Shown here: positions 30,215-39,710 of the stretch, one piece after another | Layout of the letters: each line of letters opens with the position of its first letter | Position numbering within the stretch: the stretch's first letter is position 1 | Source of the DNA: Candidatus Latescibacterota bacterium | GTDB lineage: Bacteria > Latescibacterota > UBA2968 | NCBI GenBank assembly: GCA_965208125.1 | Contig: OZ242320.1 | Coordinates: forward strand, 5,120,001-5,184,000 | Reading direction: 5' to 3' | Length of the DNA: 64,000 nucleotides | Made by a program: the position numbers and the translations under genes | Notes under the pieces: generated by a model | Databases searched by the model: none | The model's input: only the letters and a program-made list of their open reading frames with translations | What the model was told of the DNA's origin: nothing

Positions 30215-31657
30215 ATGAATCGACGCGAATTTATCAAACAAACTGCCGTAGCGACCGTTGCAATGCCATCAATACTTCGGGCACAGTCAGATGATCGCCC
30301 CAATATTGTATTGTTTTTGGCAGACGATATGACGTGGCGAGACTGCGGCGTATATGGCAATCCAGAAGTGCAAACACCAAATCTGGATCAGTTATCGCGT
30401 GAAGGCATGCGTTTTGATGGCTGTTTTACCTCCACGTCAATTTGCGCGCCCACGCGACAGCAGCTATATACGGGGATGTTTCCAATACGCAATGGCGCGT
30501 ACCCCCAGGGTGGATTTGTGCGTACGGGTGTTAAGAGCATGGCACATCATTTCAAAGCACTGGGCTACCGCGTTGGAATCATTGGAAAACAACACTACGG
30601 ACCTTCCGAATCATTTCCCTTTGAAGTATTGAAAACAACTGGCACTAATGAATTGCTGGATTCCGATGCATCTATCCGTGCCATTCAAGCCTTTATAGAT
30701 CGGGAACCGGGGCAGCCCTATTGTCTGGTGGTCGCATCGCGCAATCCCCACCTGCCATATACAAAAGGTCCGCAGGACATGTACGATCCGGATAAAGTGA
30801 AAATTCCACCGTATTTAATCGACACCCCGGAAACGCGAAAGCGATTGGCGGCGTACTATGCCGAAATTACCGCACTGGACGCCGAATTAGGGCGGTGTAT
30901 GCAAATTGTCTCGGATAACACACTCGTGGTTTTCTCAACAGAACAGGGATCTGCTTTCCCCTATGGCGGTAAGTGGACGTGTTATGAAAATGGACTGCAT
31001 ACCGGATTGATCATGCGCTGGCCGGGCAAAATTGAAGCGGGCTCTTCCTGCGATGCCCTCGTGCAATATGTGGATATTTTGCCAACGCTCCTACAAGTTG
31101 CAGGCGGCGATCCAGCGCAAATCGATACGGGCAGGACAGGTGCGCCAGATGGAGGGTCTGGATTTGACGGGAAAAGTTTTTGGCATCTCGTCGCGGAAAA
31201 TGGCAATCATCACCGGGATTACGTATATGGTGCTTATACAAATCGCGGAGTTCGGGACGGGACAGATTACCCGATTCGCTCGGTGCGCTCCAACAGATAT
31301 AAATACATCGCAAATCTCAATCACGAAGGTGTGTTTCAGTGCAATGTGACGCGATTTATGGACGAAATGGGATGGGCAGAAGCAGCAGAAAAAAATCCGG
31401 CACTTGCACCCCGGGTACACGCCTTGAAGCACCGCCCGGCAGTGGAATTTTATGACCTGGAAAGCGATCCCTACGAGTTGAATAACCTATCTGAAGACGT
31501 TCAATACGCAGGTATCATGAAAGAAATACGGACGGAACTCGATGCGTGGATGGCGCAGCAAAATGACCGCGGAATGGAGACGGAATTGGAAGCGTATGCT
31601 CATGTAAATCCAGCATCGGCAAAGTACAAGCAATATCGGGAATCCCAAAATAAATAA
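30215..31657 (+). CDS. Tat-exported S1 sulfatase, N-sulfoglucosamine sulfohydrolase-like
   Basis: MNRREFIK Tat motif; NIVLFLADD, CAPTR, GKQH, YPIRSVR, EFYDLESDPYE. Subfamily is tentative. Confidence 0.85.
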   Translation: MNRREFIKQTAVATVAMPSILRAQSDDRPNIVLFLADDMTWRDCGVYGNPEVQTPNLDQLSREGMRFDGCFTSTSICAPTRQQLYTGMFPIRNGAYPQGGFVRTGVKSMAHHFKALGYRVGIIGKQHYGPSESFPFEVLKTTGTNELLDSDASIRAIQAFIDREPGQPYCLVVASRNPHLPYTKGPQDMYDPDKVKIPPYLIDTPETRKRLAAYYAEITALDAELGRCMQIVSDNTLVVFSTEQGSAFPYGGKWTCYENGLHTGLIMRWPGKIEAGSSCDALVQYVDILPTLLQVAGGDPAQIDTGRTGAPDGGSGFDGKSFWHLVAENGNHHRDYVYGAYTNRGVRDGTDYPIRSVRSNRYKYIANLNHEGVFQCNVTRFMDEMGWAEAAEKNPALAPRVHALKHRPAVEFYDLESDPYELNNLSEDVQYAGIMKEIRTELDAWMAQQNDRGMETELEAYAHVNPASAKYKQYRESQNK

Positions 31658-31673
31658 AAAACGGGAGAATTTT

Positions 31674-33110
31674 GTGTCCACGAGTAAAACAGACCAAAAA
31701 GCAGCACCCTGGGGCGAGGGCGAACCTATTGGGCGTGAGTATCCATCGATACCATTGCTCGAAAAAATCGCTTATGGCATCGGCGTCTTGCCGATGAACA
31801 CAAGTGTCAATTCGATCAAAAAACTCTCAGGCCCCATTTTTAATATTACACTGGGCATGCATCCATTTCGCGTGGGCAATGTGTTATTGGCAGCTCGAAT
31901 TTGGGATGCGATTACCGACCCTTTTATGGGATGGCTTTCGGACAACACAAAATCTCGCTGGGGACGGCGCAGACCCTATCTTCTTCTGGGCGCGATCTTG
32001 ACGGCTATTGGCTACGCACTCATTTTGAACGTACCCAAAGGACTGAGTCAAGACGCACTGTATGCATACTTCATGATCGGTAGTCTGGGACTCTATACCT
32101 GTGTCACCATTTTGCAAGTATCCTACAACAGTCTGGGCTTTGAACTGAGCCACAACTATCACGAGCGGACAAATATCTTTGCGTACCGCTCGTTTTTTCA
32201 GCAAATCAGCACCATTCTCGTGAGCTATCTCTTTTATTTTTGCACGCTCGATATATTTGGCGACACCATGATGGGAGCCAAATATGTCGGCATTGGCGTT
32301 GGCCTGGTTATTTTTATATTTTTGTTACCCACTGTTTTTTTCGTGCGCGAAGGCCACGCAGAACAGGCGGTCAAACAGGAAAAAATACCCGTATGGTGGG
32401 CGATTAAAACAACCATGAAGACAAAACCATTTCTCATCCTGAGCAGCCTGACGGTCGTAACCATTTTTGGTGGCAATTTCACCCTGGCATTGGGACCTTA
32501 TGTCAACATCTATCACGTTGCTCAGGGCGATGTAAAATTTGGAGCCGAGATACAGGGACACGCGGTTTTTATCGGGACCATCATATCCTTCGCCGCCATT
32601 CCCGTATTGACCTATTTGTCCTCTCGAATCGGAAAGGTCAAAACCCTCGGTCTTGCGATCTCCTCCCTTCTACTGGGTTCTATTTTGAAGTGGTTTTGCT
32701 ACACGCCAGCAATGCCCTATTTACAACTCATCGTGCAACCTTTTGTCCGCATCGGCGAGATGGGATTCTGGCTCATTATTACGTCAATGAAAGCCGATAT
32801 CTGTGACTGGGACGAATGGAAAACCGGCTTTCGACGCGAAGGCATGTACGGTGCGGCAACGGGCTGGTTTCAAAAAGTGACACAGGCCACCACATTCGCA
32901 CTCGGGCAGGGATATATTCTGGCAATCATCGGATTTGACGCTACAAAAGGTGTGGCGCAAGATCCGGGCGTAATGTTCTGGATGCGCTTTCTCTTTGCCG
33001 TGTTGCCCGCAATCCTGGCCATAGCGGGATTGATCCTGTTGAAATTTTATGAAATCGACGACGAAAAAGCCAAAGAGATCAAGGCAGATCTGGATAAACG
33101 AAATAAGTAA
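31674..33110 (+). CDS. MFS glycoside-pentoside-hexuronide:cation symporter (MelB/GPH family)
   Basis: RIWDAITDPFMGWLSDNTKSRWGRRRPY, ERT, RREGMY. Confidence 0.92.
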   Translation: MSTSKTDQKAAPWGEGEPIGREYPSIPLLEKIAYGIGVLPMNTSVNSIKKLSGPIFNITLGMHPFRVGNVLLAARIWDAITDPFMGWLSDNTKSRWGRRRPYLLLGAILTAIGYALILNVPKGLSQDALYAYFMIGSLGLYTCVTILQVSYNSLGFELSHNYHERTNIFAYRSFFQQISTILVSYLFYFCTLDIFGDTMMGAKYVGIGVGLVIFIFLLPTVFFVREGHAEQAVKQEKIPVWWAIKTTMKTKPFLILSSLTVVTIFGGNFTLALGPYVNIYHVAQGDVKFGAEIQGHAVFIGTIISFAAIPVLTYLSSRIGKVKTLGLAISSLLLGSILKWFCYTPAMPYLQLIVQPFVRIGEMGFWLIITSMKADICDWDEWKTGFRREGMYGAATGWFQKVTQATTFALGQGYILAIIGFDATKGVAQDPGVMFWMRFLFAVLPAILAIAGLILLKFYEIDDEKAKEIKADLDKRNK

Positions 33111-33119
33111 GTGAAAATC

Positions 33120-35078
33120 ATGGCAGAGCGATTCAAACAACTCTCGGAAACAACACCCGTGCGAGCGGTGACAACGCGGTCGGTAATTGCATCGATAGTG
33201 GTGATTACTACAAGCGTGCTGTGGAATGAGTGGATGCCGTACTACACGTCGGGATCGAACATCAGCCGCAGTCATTTCCCCATGGCGTTTTTCTTTCCGT
33301 TTTTGATCGCGTGTACACTCAACCTGACATTGAATCACTTGCGGGCAGGTTGGGGGCTTTCGCGGTCGGAATTGCTGGTGGTTCTGGGATCGGGCTTTGT
33401 GGGTATCGCGCTGGCTTACGACGGGTTGACGGGACACTTCTTCGGGGTTCTGGCAGCCCCCTATTATTTTGCATCTGTAGAAAATGGATGGGGTTTTATA
33501 CACAACACCATCCCCACCTGGCTCGCACCGTCGAATGCCACCGGTGAAATGACGCGGTTTTTTGAAGGCGGAGGCGGGTCCCCTCCGTGGCGCGTGTGGG
33601 CAGTACCCGTTTTCTGGTGGATGTGCTTTTTCGGCGCAATGGGCTTTGGGGTATTTTGCCTGGTCGTAATTTTGCGAAAGCAATGGGTGGATTACGAGCG
33701 TTTGGCTTATCCACTTGTCGAAGTCGCACAATCTCTGTCAGAAACAGAAAAGGGCGGCGGACTGGAAAAAACATTTCGCTCTCCCCTATTCTGGATCGCA
33801 TTTTCTCTGGTCATGCTCTTGAAATTGTGGAATATCGCGTCTTATTTTACCCCGGCATTTCCGCATATAGACATTGAACAAACACAGTGGCAACCGATTC
33901 CAGACTTTCCCTGGATGGTAAATCGCCTGAGTTTTTACGCCATTGGATTCGGATATTTTGCGCGCCTGGATGTACTCTTCAGCGTGTGGTTCTTCATTAT
34001 TTTGACCGCGTTTCAGGTGTATGTATTCAATATCTTTGGCTATCAAATCGGCGCAGCAACCCACCACTGGACAAGCGATGCTCTGGGCTGGCAGAGCATG
34101 GGCGCGTTGATCTTTTTATCTGCCTGGGGATTGTGGATGGCGCGCGCGCATTTGAAGGCCGTGATACGCAAGGCGCTATATCCCAACTGCGAAGTTGATG
34201 ATAGCGGCGAATTATTGTCCTATCGCATGGCAGTATTCGGCTTATTGGGAGCATTTGCATTTGTCTCGGCGTGGCTATATACGGCGGGCATGCCCTTGTG
34301 GGTGGTATTTTGCTTTCTCATTTTGGCGATGTTGTTATTCCTGGGCCTTGCCCGCGCCATTGCGGAATTGGGACTGGTCTATGTGTACTATCGCATTCAG
34401 CCCCACGATGCTGTGGTACAGGCATTTGGTTCGAATATGGTAGGGCTTTCCGGCGTGGTAGTGCTCGGGTTCATGCATGTGTTTAATCAGTGGCCCGATA
34501 TTGGAAAGGGATTTTTGATGCCGCCGTTCACTCAGGCGGTAAAAGCCGTGGATAAGGTCGTCAGTCCGCGGCGAATTACACCAGTGCTGTGGCTGGCACT
34601 GGCGCTGGGATTCACCATCTCAATAGTGGATACGCTGTATTTGAGTTATGAATACGGAGCCTATAATCTGGGCAATATGGGGATGAAGAAGACGGGACCT
34701 GTGGCATTTGATTTTGTGATTACAGAAATTCGGAATCCTCTGGCGCCCGGCGGCAATGGCAGGGTCATGTGGGCATTTATCGGCATGGGGCTGATGGCGA
34801 TTTTGACGACTGTTCGCTACTGGGTGCCGTGGTGGCCCCTGCACCCGATTGGCCTGGCCATGCAAGGGAACTACGGCGTGAGCAAGACGGTCTTTTCGAT
34901 TTTTATTGTCTGGTCAATCAAAGCGGTCGTCATGAAAATGGGCGGCGTGCAATTGTACGAAAGGGGAAAGCCGTTTTTTATCGGCCTGCTGGCAGCACAG
35001 GCGGTGAGCACGGGGCTGGTATTTATCATAGATTGGTTCTGGTTCCCCTTGCAAGGGCATAATGTGCATAATTTTTAG
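33120..35078 (+). CDS. DUF6785/DUF6784-like membrane protein (copy 2)
   Basis: Colinear with 27143..29104, sharing long identical peptides and the same C-terminus WFPLQGHNVHNF. Start may be GTG 33111. Confidence 0.75.
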   Translation: MAERFKQLSETTPVRAVTTRSVIASIVVITTSVLWNEWMPYYTSGSNISRSHFPMAFFFPFLIACTLNLTLNHLRAGWGLSRSELLVVLGSGFVGIALAYDGLTGHFFGVLAAPYYFASVENGWGFIHNTIPTWLAPSNATGEMTRFFEGGGGSPPWRVWAVPVFWWMCFFGAMGFGVFCLVVILRKQWVDYERLAYPLVEVAQSLSETEKGGGLEKTFRSPLFWIAFSLVMLLKLWNIASYFTPAFPHIDIEQTQWQPIPDFPWMVNRLSFYAIGFGYFARLDVLFSVWFFIILTAFQVYVFNIFGYQIGAATHHWTSDALGWQSMGALIFLSAWGLWMARAHLKAVIRKALYPNCEVDDSGELLSYRMAVFGLLGAFAFVSAWLYTAGMPLWVVFCFLILAMLLFLGLARAIAELGLVYVYYRIQPHDAVVQAFGSNMVGLSGVVVLGFMHVFNQWPDIGKGFLMPPFTQAVKAVDKVVSPRRITPVLWLALALGFTISIVDTLYLSYEYGAYNLGNMGMKKTGPVAFDFVITEIRNPLAPGGNGRVMWAFIGMGLMAILTTVRYWVPWWPLHPIGLAMQGNYGVSKTVFSIFIVWSIKAVVMKMGGVQLYERGKPFFIGLLAAQAVSTGLVFIIDWFWFPLQGHNVHNF

Positions 35079-35100
35079 AGAATACAGATACGCCCTACAG

Positions 35101-37617
35101 CTACTCGTCCATCCCCGCGTCTTGCAGGGCACCCAACAAATGGGGCACGCCGAAAAACAGCAGGCTCAAGTACATAGGACTCATGCCCACTGCGCCGCGC
35201 CTTTTGGGATCGTCGCTCCAATCCTGAGATTCAGCCAGGCGGCGCAGCAGTTGCCGGCCCACCTCCAAATAGCCTCTCTCGCCTGTCAGCCTGTACGCAT
35301 AGCTCAGGTGGCGGCACAGCACCCCGCCATATCGCTGCTTCCATGCCATTTCAGGATCGAAAACGCCAGGCCCACCGCAAAACCAATCTACAGCCCGCAG
35401 ATAGCATTTGGCCACATCGGTCCGGCCTGTCAGCCGGTGCAGCAATTCGAGACCGATCATTAAATAGTGGGTCTGATAGCCCTTTTGGTCGGCGTAGGGC
35501 AGCACGAGTTTGCCCGCGGCAGAAGCCCCACCCAGAGCTTTGTGCTCAGCCGGAGTAAAAGGTGTTGCGGTGCCCATTTCTACGGCCAGAGTCGTACCTT
35601 CGGTAGCCATGCCGTAGGGCGCCTGGTCGGGCAGCCGATCGGGGGTGGAAACCTGAAAGCGCTTGTGCCAACTACCGTCGTCGTTCTGACCTCGGGCAAT
35701 AACTTGAAAAATTTCTTCGGCGCGCTGTTTGAAACGCGCTTCGCCCGTTAATTCCCACAAGTACAGCAAACCGCGCAAAGTGTTGGCAATGCTGCGCAAA
35801 CTAAAGGAAAAACGGGGATCTTCACTCCAGCGATAGCGCAGAAAAAATTCGCCAGCTTCCCCGAGCACCTCCAATGTCCGGTGGTCGCCCGTCAAATAGT
35901 AATAGTCGATCCAGTTGTCGATAAAGGTGTGCGAAGCGCAAGGCTCGTCGCCAAAGTGGTCGATGCTGTGTCGGAAACAGCCGCCGACTCGATACGGCCT
36001 GAGCGGGTGGTAGTGGCAGGTATCTACATCCATCGAGTGCCGGGTCATGGCCTCACCGAGACGGAACCAACGCCCTGCCCCGCTGCGCAAATACTGGATC
36101 CACACCCCGTGGCGCGGGTCCCACTCGCTGTTGCACCAGCCCCACCGGCCCCGGAAGCGCCAGTCGCCGGTCGATTCCTCCCAGGCCACGAGCACATCGC
36201 CCCAGTCAAAAAAACCGCGCCAGCGGTTGACTTCAATGCTGCGCGCCATCCACTCGAGAAAGCCGTCGAGCATGCGCTCGGAGTGCGGGAAGGTATCTAC
36301 CGCTCGAACCGCAAAGCCGCCTGTGACCTGGCAGCGGGCCAGCCAGCCAGGATCAACCGCGACGTGTGGCCAATCGAGCAAAGCTGTCAGCCGTTGGGGG
36401 GCGTCTTCGCTGGTATTGCGCTCGAAATAATCGATGAAAAATTCCGAGGTTTTGGCCGTGCCCAGGCCATCGCTGTACACGCCTTCTCCCTCGTGCCAGG
36501 CCACTTCCTCGGCATAGCGCCTGAAATGCAGTCGTCCGCCATCCGGATCTTTCCACAAAAATACGTCGATTCCCCCACGATCCACGCCTATGGCTTTGGG
36601 GTATTCCTCGGCCATATAGCGCAACGCCACCCCAACTCCGGCTTCCTCGCCCTCCAACACAGCCCACCCACCGGCCCGTTCGCCTTCTGCCACCCTCTCT
36701 GAGCGTCCGCCGCGCCGCCGTTCCAGGAGGAAGTGGCGATCCTGACGCTGGGCCAAAAGCAGGCCTTCGTCCTGACCCAGAACGCCTTCCATCCATCGAT
36801 TCCCACCCAGCCGGTAGCGTTGTTTTCCCCCCCATGCCACCGGGATTCGCACGGCCAGTTCCCTCAATTCGGTCTGATTTGGATCGCAGGCCACCACGAC
36901 GGTGTGCAGGACCCGCAAAAAGGCGTGGCCAGCAAAGGCGTATATCCGCGTCACAAAACGAAAGGGTTGGTAGCCGGCATAGTGGTGCATGGGCGCCTCG
37001 GATTCCAGGACACCTTCGCAGCGGATCACCGCCCGCAAAGGCCCAGATTCTTCCACCTGGACCCGGTACGCGCTTTCCCCCAGCGATGCCCGGCACATCC
37101 CGCCCATGCCGTAGATCCGCCGCTGGGTCTCCCCGAGTTCAAAAGCCTCGCAAATATCGGCCCAACTGTCGCCACCTTGCGAACTCACAGCGACTTTTTC
37201 GACAAAGCCATCTACCTCCTGCCGCCCCAATGATACCGCGTGTATCAGACTATAGCGCCGCCGACTCACGGCAAAACGCAGGGGGCCGGTACACACGACA
37301 ATGCGCTCGTCGCTCTCGCTTATTTGCAATCGATTCGCCGGAGCAGCGCGAGGGGCTTCGCCAGCATAACACAAGTGATAAACCGCCGATCCGACCACGT
37401 CGGCTTGAAAATCGACCAGGACCCACTTGATACTGCCATCGGGCCAATGGCTCAGTGGACGACTTTGCAGGGTTACAGCCCGTCCCTGAGCATCTTCCAA
37501 CCACAAATCAGTGCATTCGGCTACAGCCCCTTGTGGCAGAGGCACGCCCCGGGTTACAGGCCATGCGCGGCGTTCAATCCCGCTCTCTTCCCGGACAGTC
37601 AATGTCAGACGTTGCAT
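35101..37617 (-). CDS. YetA/PcRGLX-like (PL26 exo-rhamnogalacturonan lyase-like) protein
   Basis: N-terminal PVTRGVPLPQG...WPDGSIKW, VEESGPLRAV, GFFDWGD, WCNSE, MTRHSMDVD; no signal peptide; ATG after GGAGG. Confidence 0.7.
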   Translation of the reverse strand: MQRLTLTVREESGIERRAWPVTRGVPLPQGAVAECTDLWLEDAQGRAVTLQSRPLSHWPDGSIKWVLVDFQADVVGSAVYHLCYAGEAPRAAPANRLQISESDERIVVCTGPLRFAVSRRRYSLIHAVSLGRQEVDGFVEKVAVSSQGGDSWADICEAFELGETQRRIYGMGGMCRASLGESAYRVQVEESGPLRAVIRCEGVLESEAPMHHYAGYQPFRFVTRIYAFAGHAFLRVLHTVVVACDPNQTELRELAVRIPVAWGGKQRYRLGGNRWMEGVLGQDEGLLLAQRQDRHFLLERRRGGRSERVAEGERAGGWAVLEGEEAGVGVALRYMAEEYPKAIGVDRGGIDVFLWKDPDGGRLHFRRYAEEVAWHEGEGVYSDGLGTAKTSEFFIDYFERNTSEDAPQRLTALLDWPHVAVDPGWLARCQVTGGFAVRAVDTFPHSERMLDGFLEWMARSIEVNRWRGFFDWGDVLVAWEESTGDWRFRGRWGWCNSEWDPRHGVWIQYLRSGAGRWFRLGEAMTRHSMDVDTCHYHPLRPYRVGGCFRHSIDHFGDEPCASHTFIDNWIDYYYLTGDHRTLEVLGEAGEFFLRYRWSEDPRFSFSLRSIANTLRGLLYLWELTGEARFKQRAEEIFQVIARGQNDDGSWHKRFQVSTPDRLPDQAPYGMATEGTTLAVEMGTATPFTPAEHKALGGASAAGKLVLPYADQKGYQTHYLMIGLELLHRLTGRTDVAKCYLRAVDWFCGGPGVFDPEMAWKQRYGGVLCRHLSYAYRLTGERGYLEVGRQLLRRLAESQDWSDDPKRRGAVGMSPMYLSLLFFGVPHLLGALQDAGMDE

Positions 37618-37735
37618 ATCTTCCTCCGCTCGTAAACACACTGGATATTTTAAAACAGCTTCTAAAAAAAGGCCAACATTTTACGTACTGCATTTGGGCA
37701 AGTTGACAATGCACAAATGCAAATCTTTCTTGTAC

Positions 37736-37764
37736 TTGACTCACAGCCCAAAAGCTGGTATTGT
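37736..37764 (+). promoter_or_regulatory. Putative sigma70 promoter for cyoE
   Basis: TTGACT-17 bp-TATTGT with extended -10 TG. Confidence 0.5.
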
Positions 37765-37822
37765 TATGGCTTGAAAAAATAAGTGACGCTTTTGATCAAC
37801 CTCTTTTTTTAAAATATCCTTT

Positions 37823-38704
37823 ATGAACGCCGAACTGGTACATGCGAAAACATTTGTAAATGACTTATTTGTTTTAATTAAATTTCGGATTGGACTAATG
37901 GTCGTGTTCAGCACTTCTGTGGGCTATGTGCTGGGCATGGGATATGTTCCCGATCCGATTCACATCTTCCATGTGCTATTCGCCACATTTTTGACCACTT
38001 CTGGCACGGGTGTTTTGAACCAGTTTATGGAGCGCGAGCGCGATGCGAGAATGGGACGCACGGCTGACCGACCACTGCCTGCGGGACGCATTGCGCCAGA
38101 ATTGGCCTGTTGGTTCGGGTTAATTTTAAGTGGTATGGGCATTGTCTATCTGGGCGTGCTGGTCAATGTTTTGACCGCGCTGGTAGGCTTATTAACCGTA
38201 TTGGTATATTTGCTTCTCTATACGCCCTTAAAGCCCAGAACCCCGCACAATACCGCTATTGGAGCCATCGCAGGCGCACTGCCACCAGTGGGTGGATGGA
38301 CCGCAGCTACAGGCGTTTTGAGTGGCGAGGCACTGGCACTGTTTGGCATTTTGTTTTTGTGGCAATTTCCCCATTTTTTATCCATTGCCTGGCTTTACCG
38401 CGAAGATTACGCACGAGGCGGGTTTCGCATGCTGCCCATAGAAGACCCGCAAGGCCATAGAACCGCCCATCAGGTGGTACTTTATACCCTGGTCTTGTTG
38501 TCGTGCAGCCTGATGCCAGCGCTATTGGGCATGGCTGGTGTGGCGTATTTTGGCGTTGCTGTGTTGCTCGGCCTGGGCCTTTTGTACGTCAGTTTGACCT
38601 TCGCGCAGTCGCGCACAGATGTGTTAGCACGCCGCCTGATGCGAGCAACGCTCATATATCTGCCCGTGTTGTGGACAGTGATGATGTTGGACAGAATTGC
38701 GTGA
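37823..38704 (+). CDS. cyoE: Heme O synthase (protoheme IX farnesyltransferase)
   Basis: NQFMERERDARMGRTADRPLPAG, YTPLK, GALPP, WQFPHF, YREDY. Confidence 0.95.
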   Translation: MNAELVHAKTFVNDLFVLIKFRIGLMVVFSTSVGYVLGMGYVPDPIHIFHVLFATFLTTSGTGVLNQFMERERDARMGRTADRPLPAGRIAPELACWFGLILSGMGIVYLGVLVNVLTALVGLLTVLVYLLLYTPLKPRTPHNTAIGAIAGALPPVGGWTAATGVLSGEALALFGILFLWQFPHFLSIAWLYREDYARGGFRMLPIEDPQGHRTAHQVVLYTLVLLSCSLMPALLGMAGVAYFGVAVLLGLGLLYVSLTFAQSRTDVLARRLMRATLIYLPVLWTVMMLDRIA

Positions 38705-38735
38705 GACAAGTAGATATCCGATTCAGAAGATACAG

Positions 38736-38767
38736 AAGGTGATAGGTCAGCCTATCACCTTTCTTTG
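38736..38767 (+). terminator. Hairpin between cyoE and the ABC ATPase
   Basis: Perfect AAGGTGATAGG / CCTATCACCTT stem with a T-rich tail. Confidence 0.6.
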
Positions 38768-38786
38768 TATGTGCAGGAGCGGTCAA

Positions 38787-39710
38787 GTGCAAGCAGCAAT
38801 ATATGTCGAAAATGTAAGCCACAAATTTGGCGAGCGCGTTGCCTTAGACGGCATCACATTACAGATAATGCCCGGGGAAATATACGGCCTTTTAGGCCCA
38901 AATGGCGGTGGAAAAACCACCTTATTTCGCATGTTGTGTACGATGCTGTCCCCTGATCAGGGCAGGATCCGCCTGCTGGGCAAAAACGCCACTGCCAGTG
39001 CTGTGCGCGCACATATAGGGGTGGTTTTTCAGCATCCAAGCTTAGACACGCGTTTAACCGTATTGGAAAATCTACGCCATCAAGGCCATCTCTACGGTTT
39101 GAAAGGCCGCCCGCTCTCCCAACGCATCGAAGAAGTACTGGACATGATGACCCTCACAGATCGCGCAACAGATCGAGTCGAAGTACTATCTGGCGGATTA
39201 CGGCGGCGCGTTGAACTGTGCAAAAGTTTGTTGCACCACCCCGAAGTATTGATTTTTGATGAACCCTGCACCGGGCTTGATCCCGGCGCACGACGAAGGT
39301 TTTGGGACGATCTGGATACTTTGCGCTGTACCTATGGCACGACACTCGTGCTGACAACCCATTTTATGGAAGAGGCTGAGCGCTGTGATCGCATCGGCAT
39401 TTTAGATCGTGGACGGCTAATTGCCGCAGGCTCGCCCGAGGAATTAAAGCGTACAGTAGGACGCGAGGTGATCACCCTTGAGACACGTGATCCCAAAGGC
39501 TTGCAATTGCAAATCAAAAAAATTGTACGCCGCGATGTCCAGATAATTGACGGACAGGTGCGTATTGCCTGCGATGAAGGACAGCAGTTGTTGGCGCAGC
39601 TGTATCCTCTTCTGCGAGAGAAAATTCAGGCTATGACCTTGAGTGTACCCACACTTGAGGATGTTTTTGTACAGAGAACAGGACACGGATTTCAAGTGGA
39701 GGATCTGTAG
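38787..39710 (+). CDS. ABC exporter ATP-binding protein (DrrA-like)
   Basis: Walker A GPNGGGKT, LSGG, DEP, TTH; GTG 38787 after AGGAG. Confidence 0.9.
   Translation: MQAAIYVENVSHKFGERVALDGITLQIMPGEIYGLLGPNGGGKTTLFRMLCTMLSPDQGRIRLLGKNATASAVRAHIGVVFQHPSLDTRLTVLENLRHQGHLYGLKGRPLSQRIEEVLDMMTLTDRATDRVEVLSGGLRRRVELCKSLLHHPEVLIFDEPCTGLDPGARRRFWDDLDTLRCTYGTTLVLTTHFMEEAERCDRIGILDRGRLIAAGSPEELKRTVGREVITLETRDPKGLQLQIKKIVRRDVQIIDGQVRIACDEGQQLLAQLYPLLREKIQAMTLSVPTLEDVFVQRTGHGFQVEDL

Noticed and set aside
32784-33731. Long antisense or alternative-frame ORFs (also 9878-10690, 35881-36702, 36353-37096)
   Set aside because: They are shadows of well-supported genes and contain no recognisable motifs.
27143-35078. 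Assembly duplication explaining the two DUF6785-like genes
   Set aside because: The copies differ at many synonymous and non-synonymous sites along their length, so they are true paralogs.
37781-37800. Possible FNR/CRP/Rex box upstream of cyoE
   Set aside because: Only partial half-sites with the wrong spacing.
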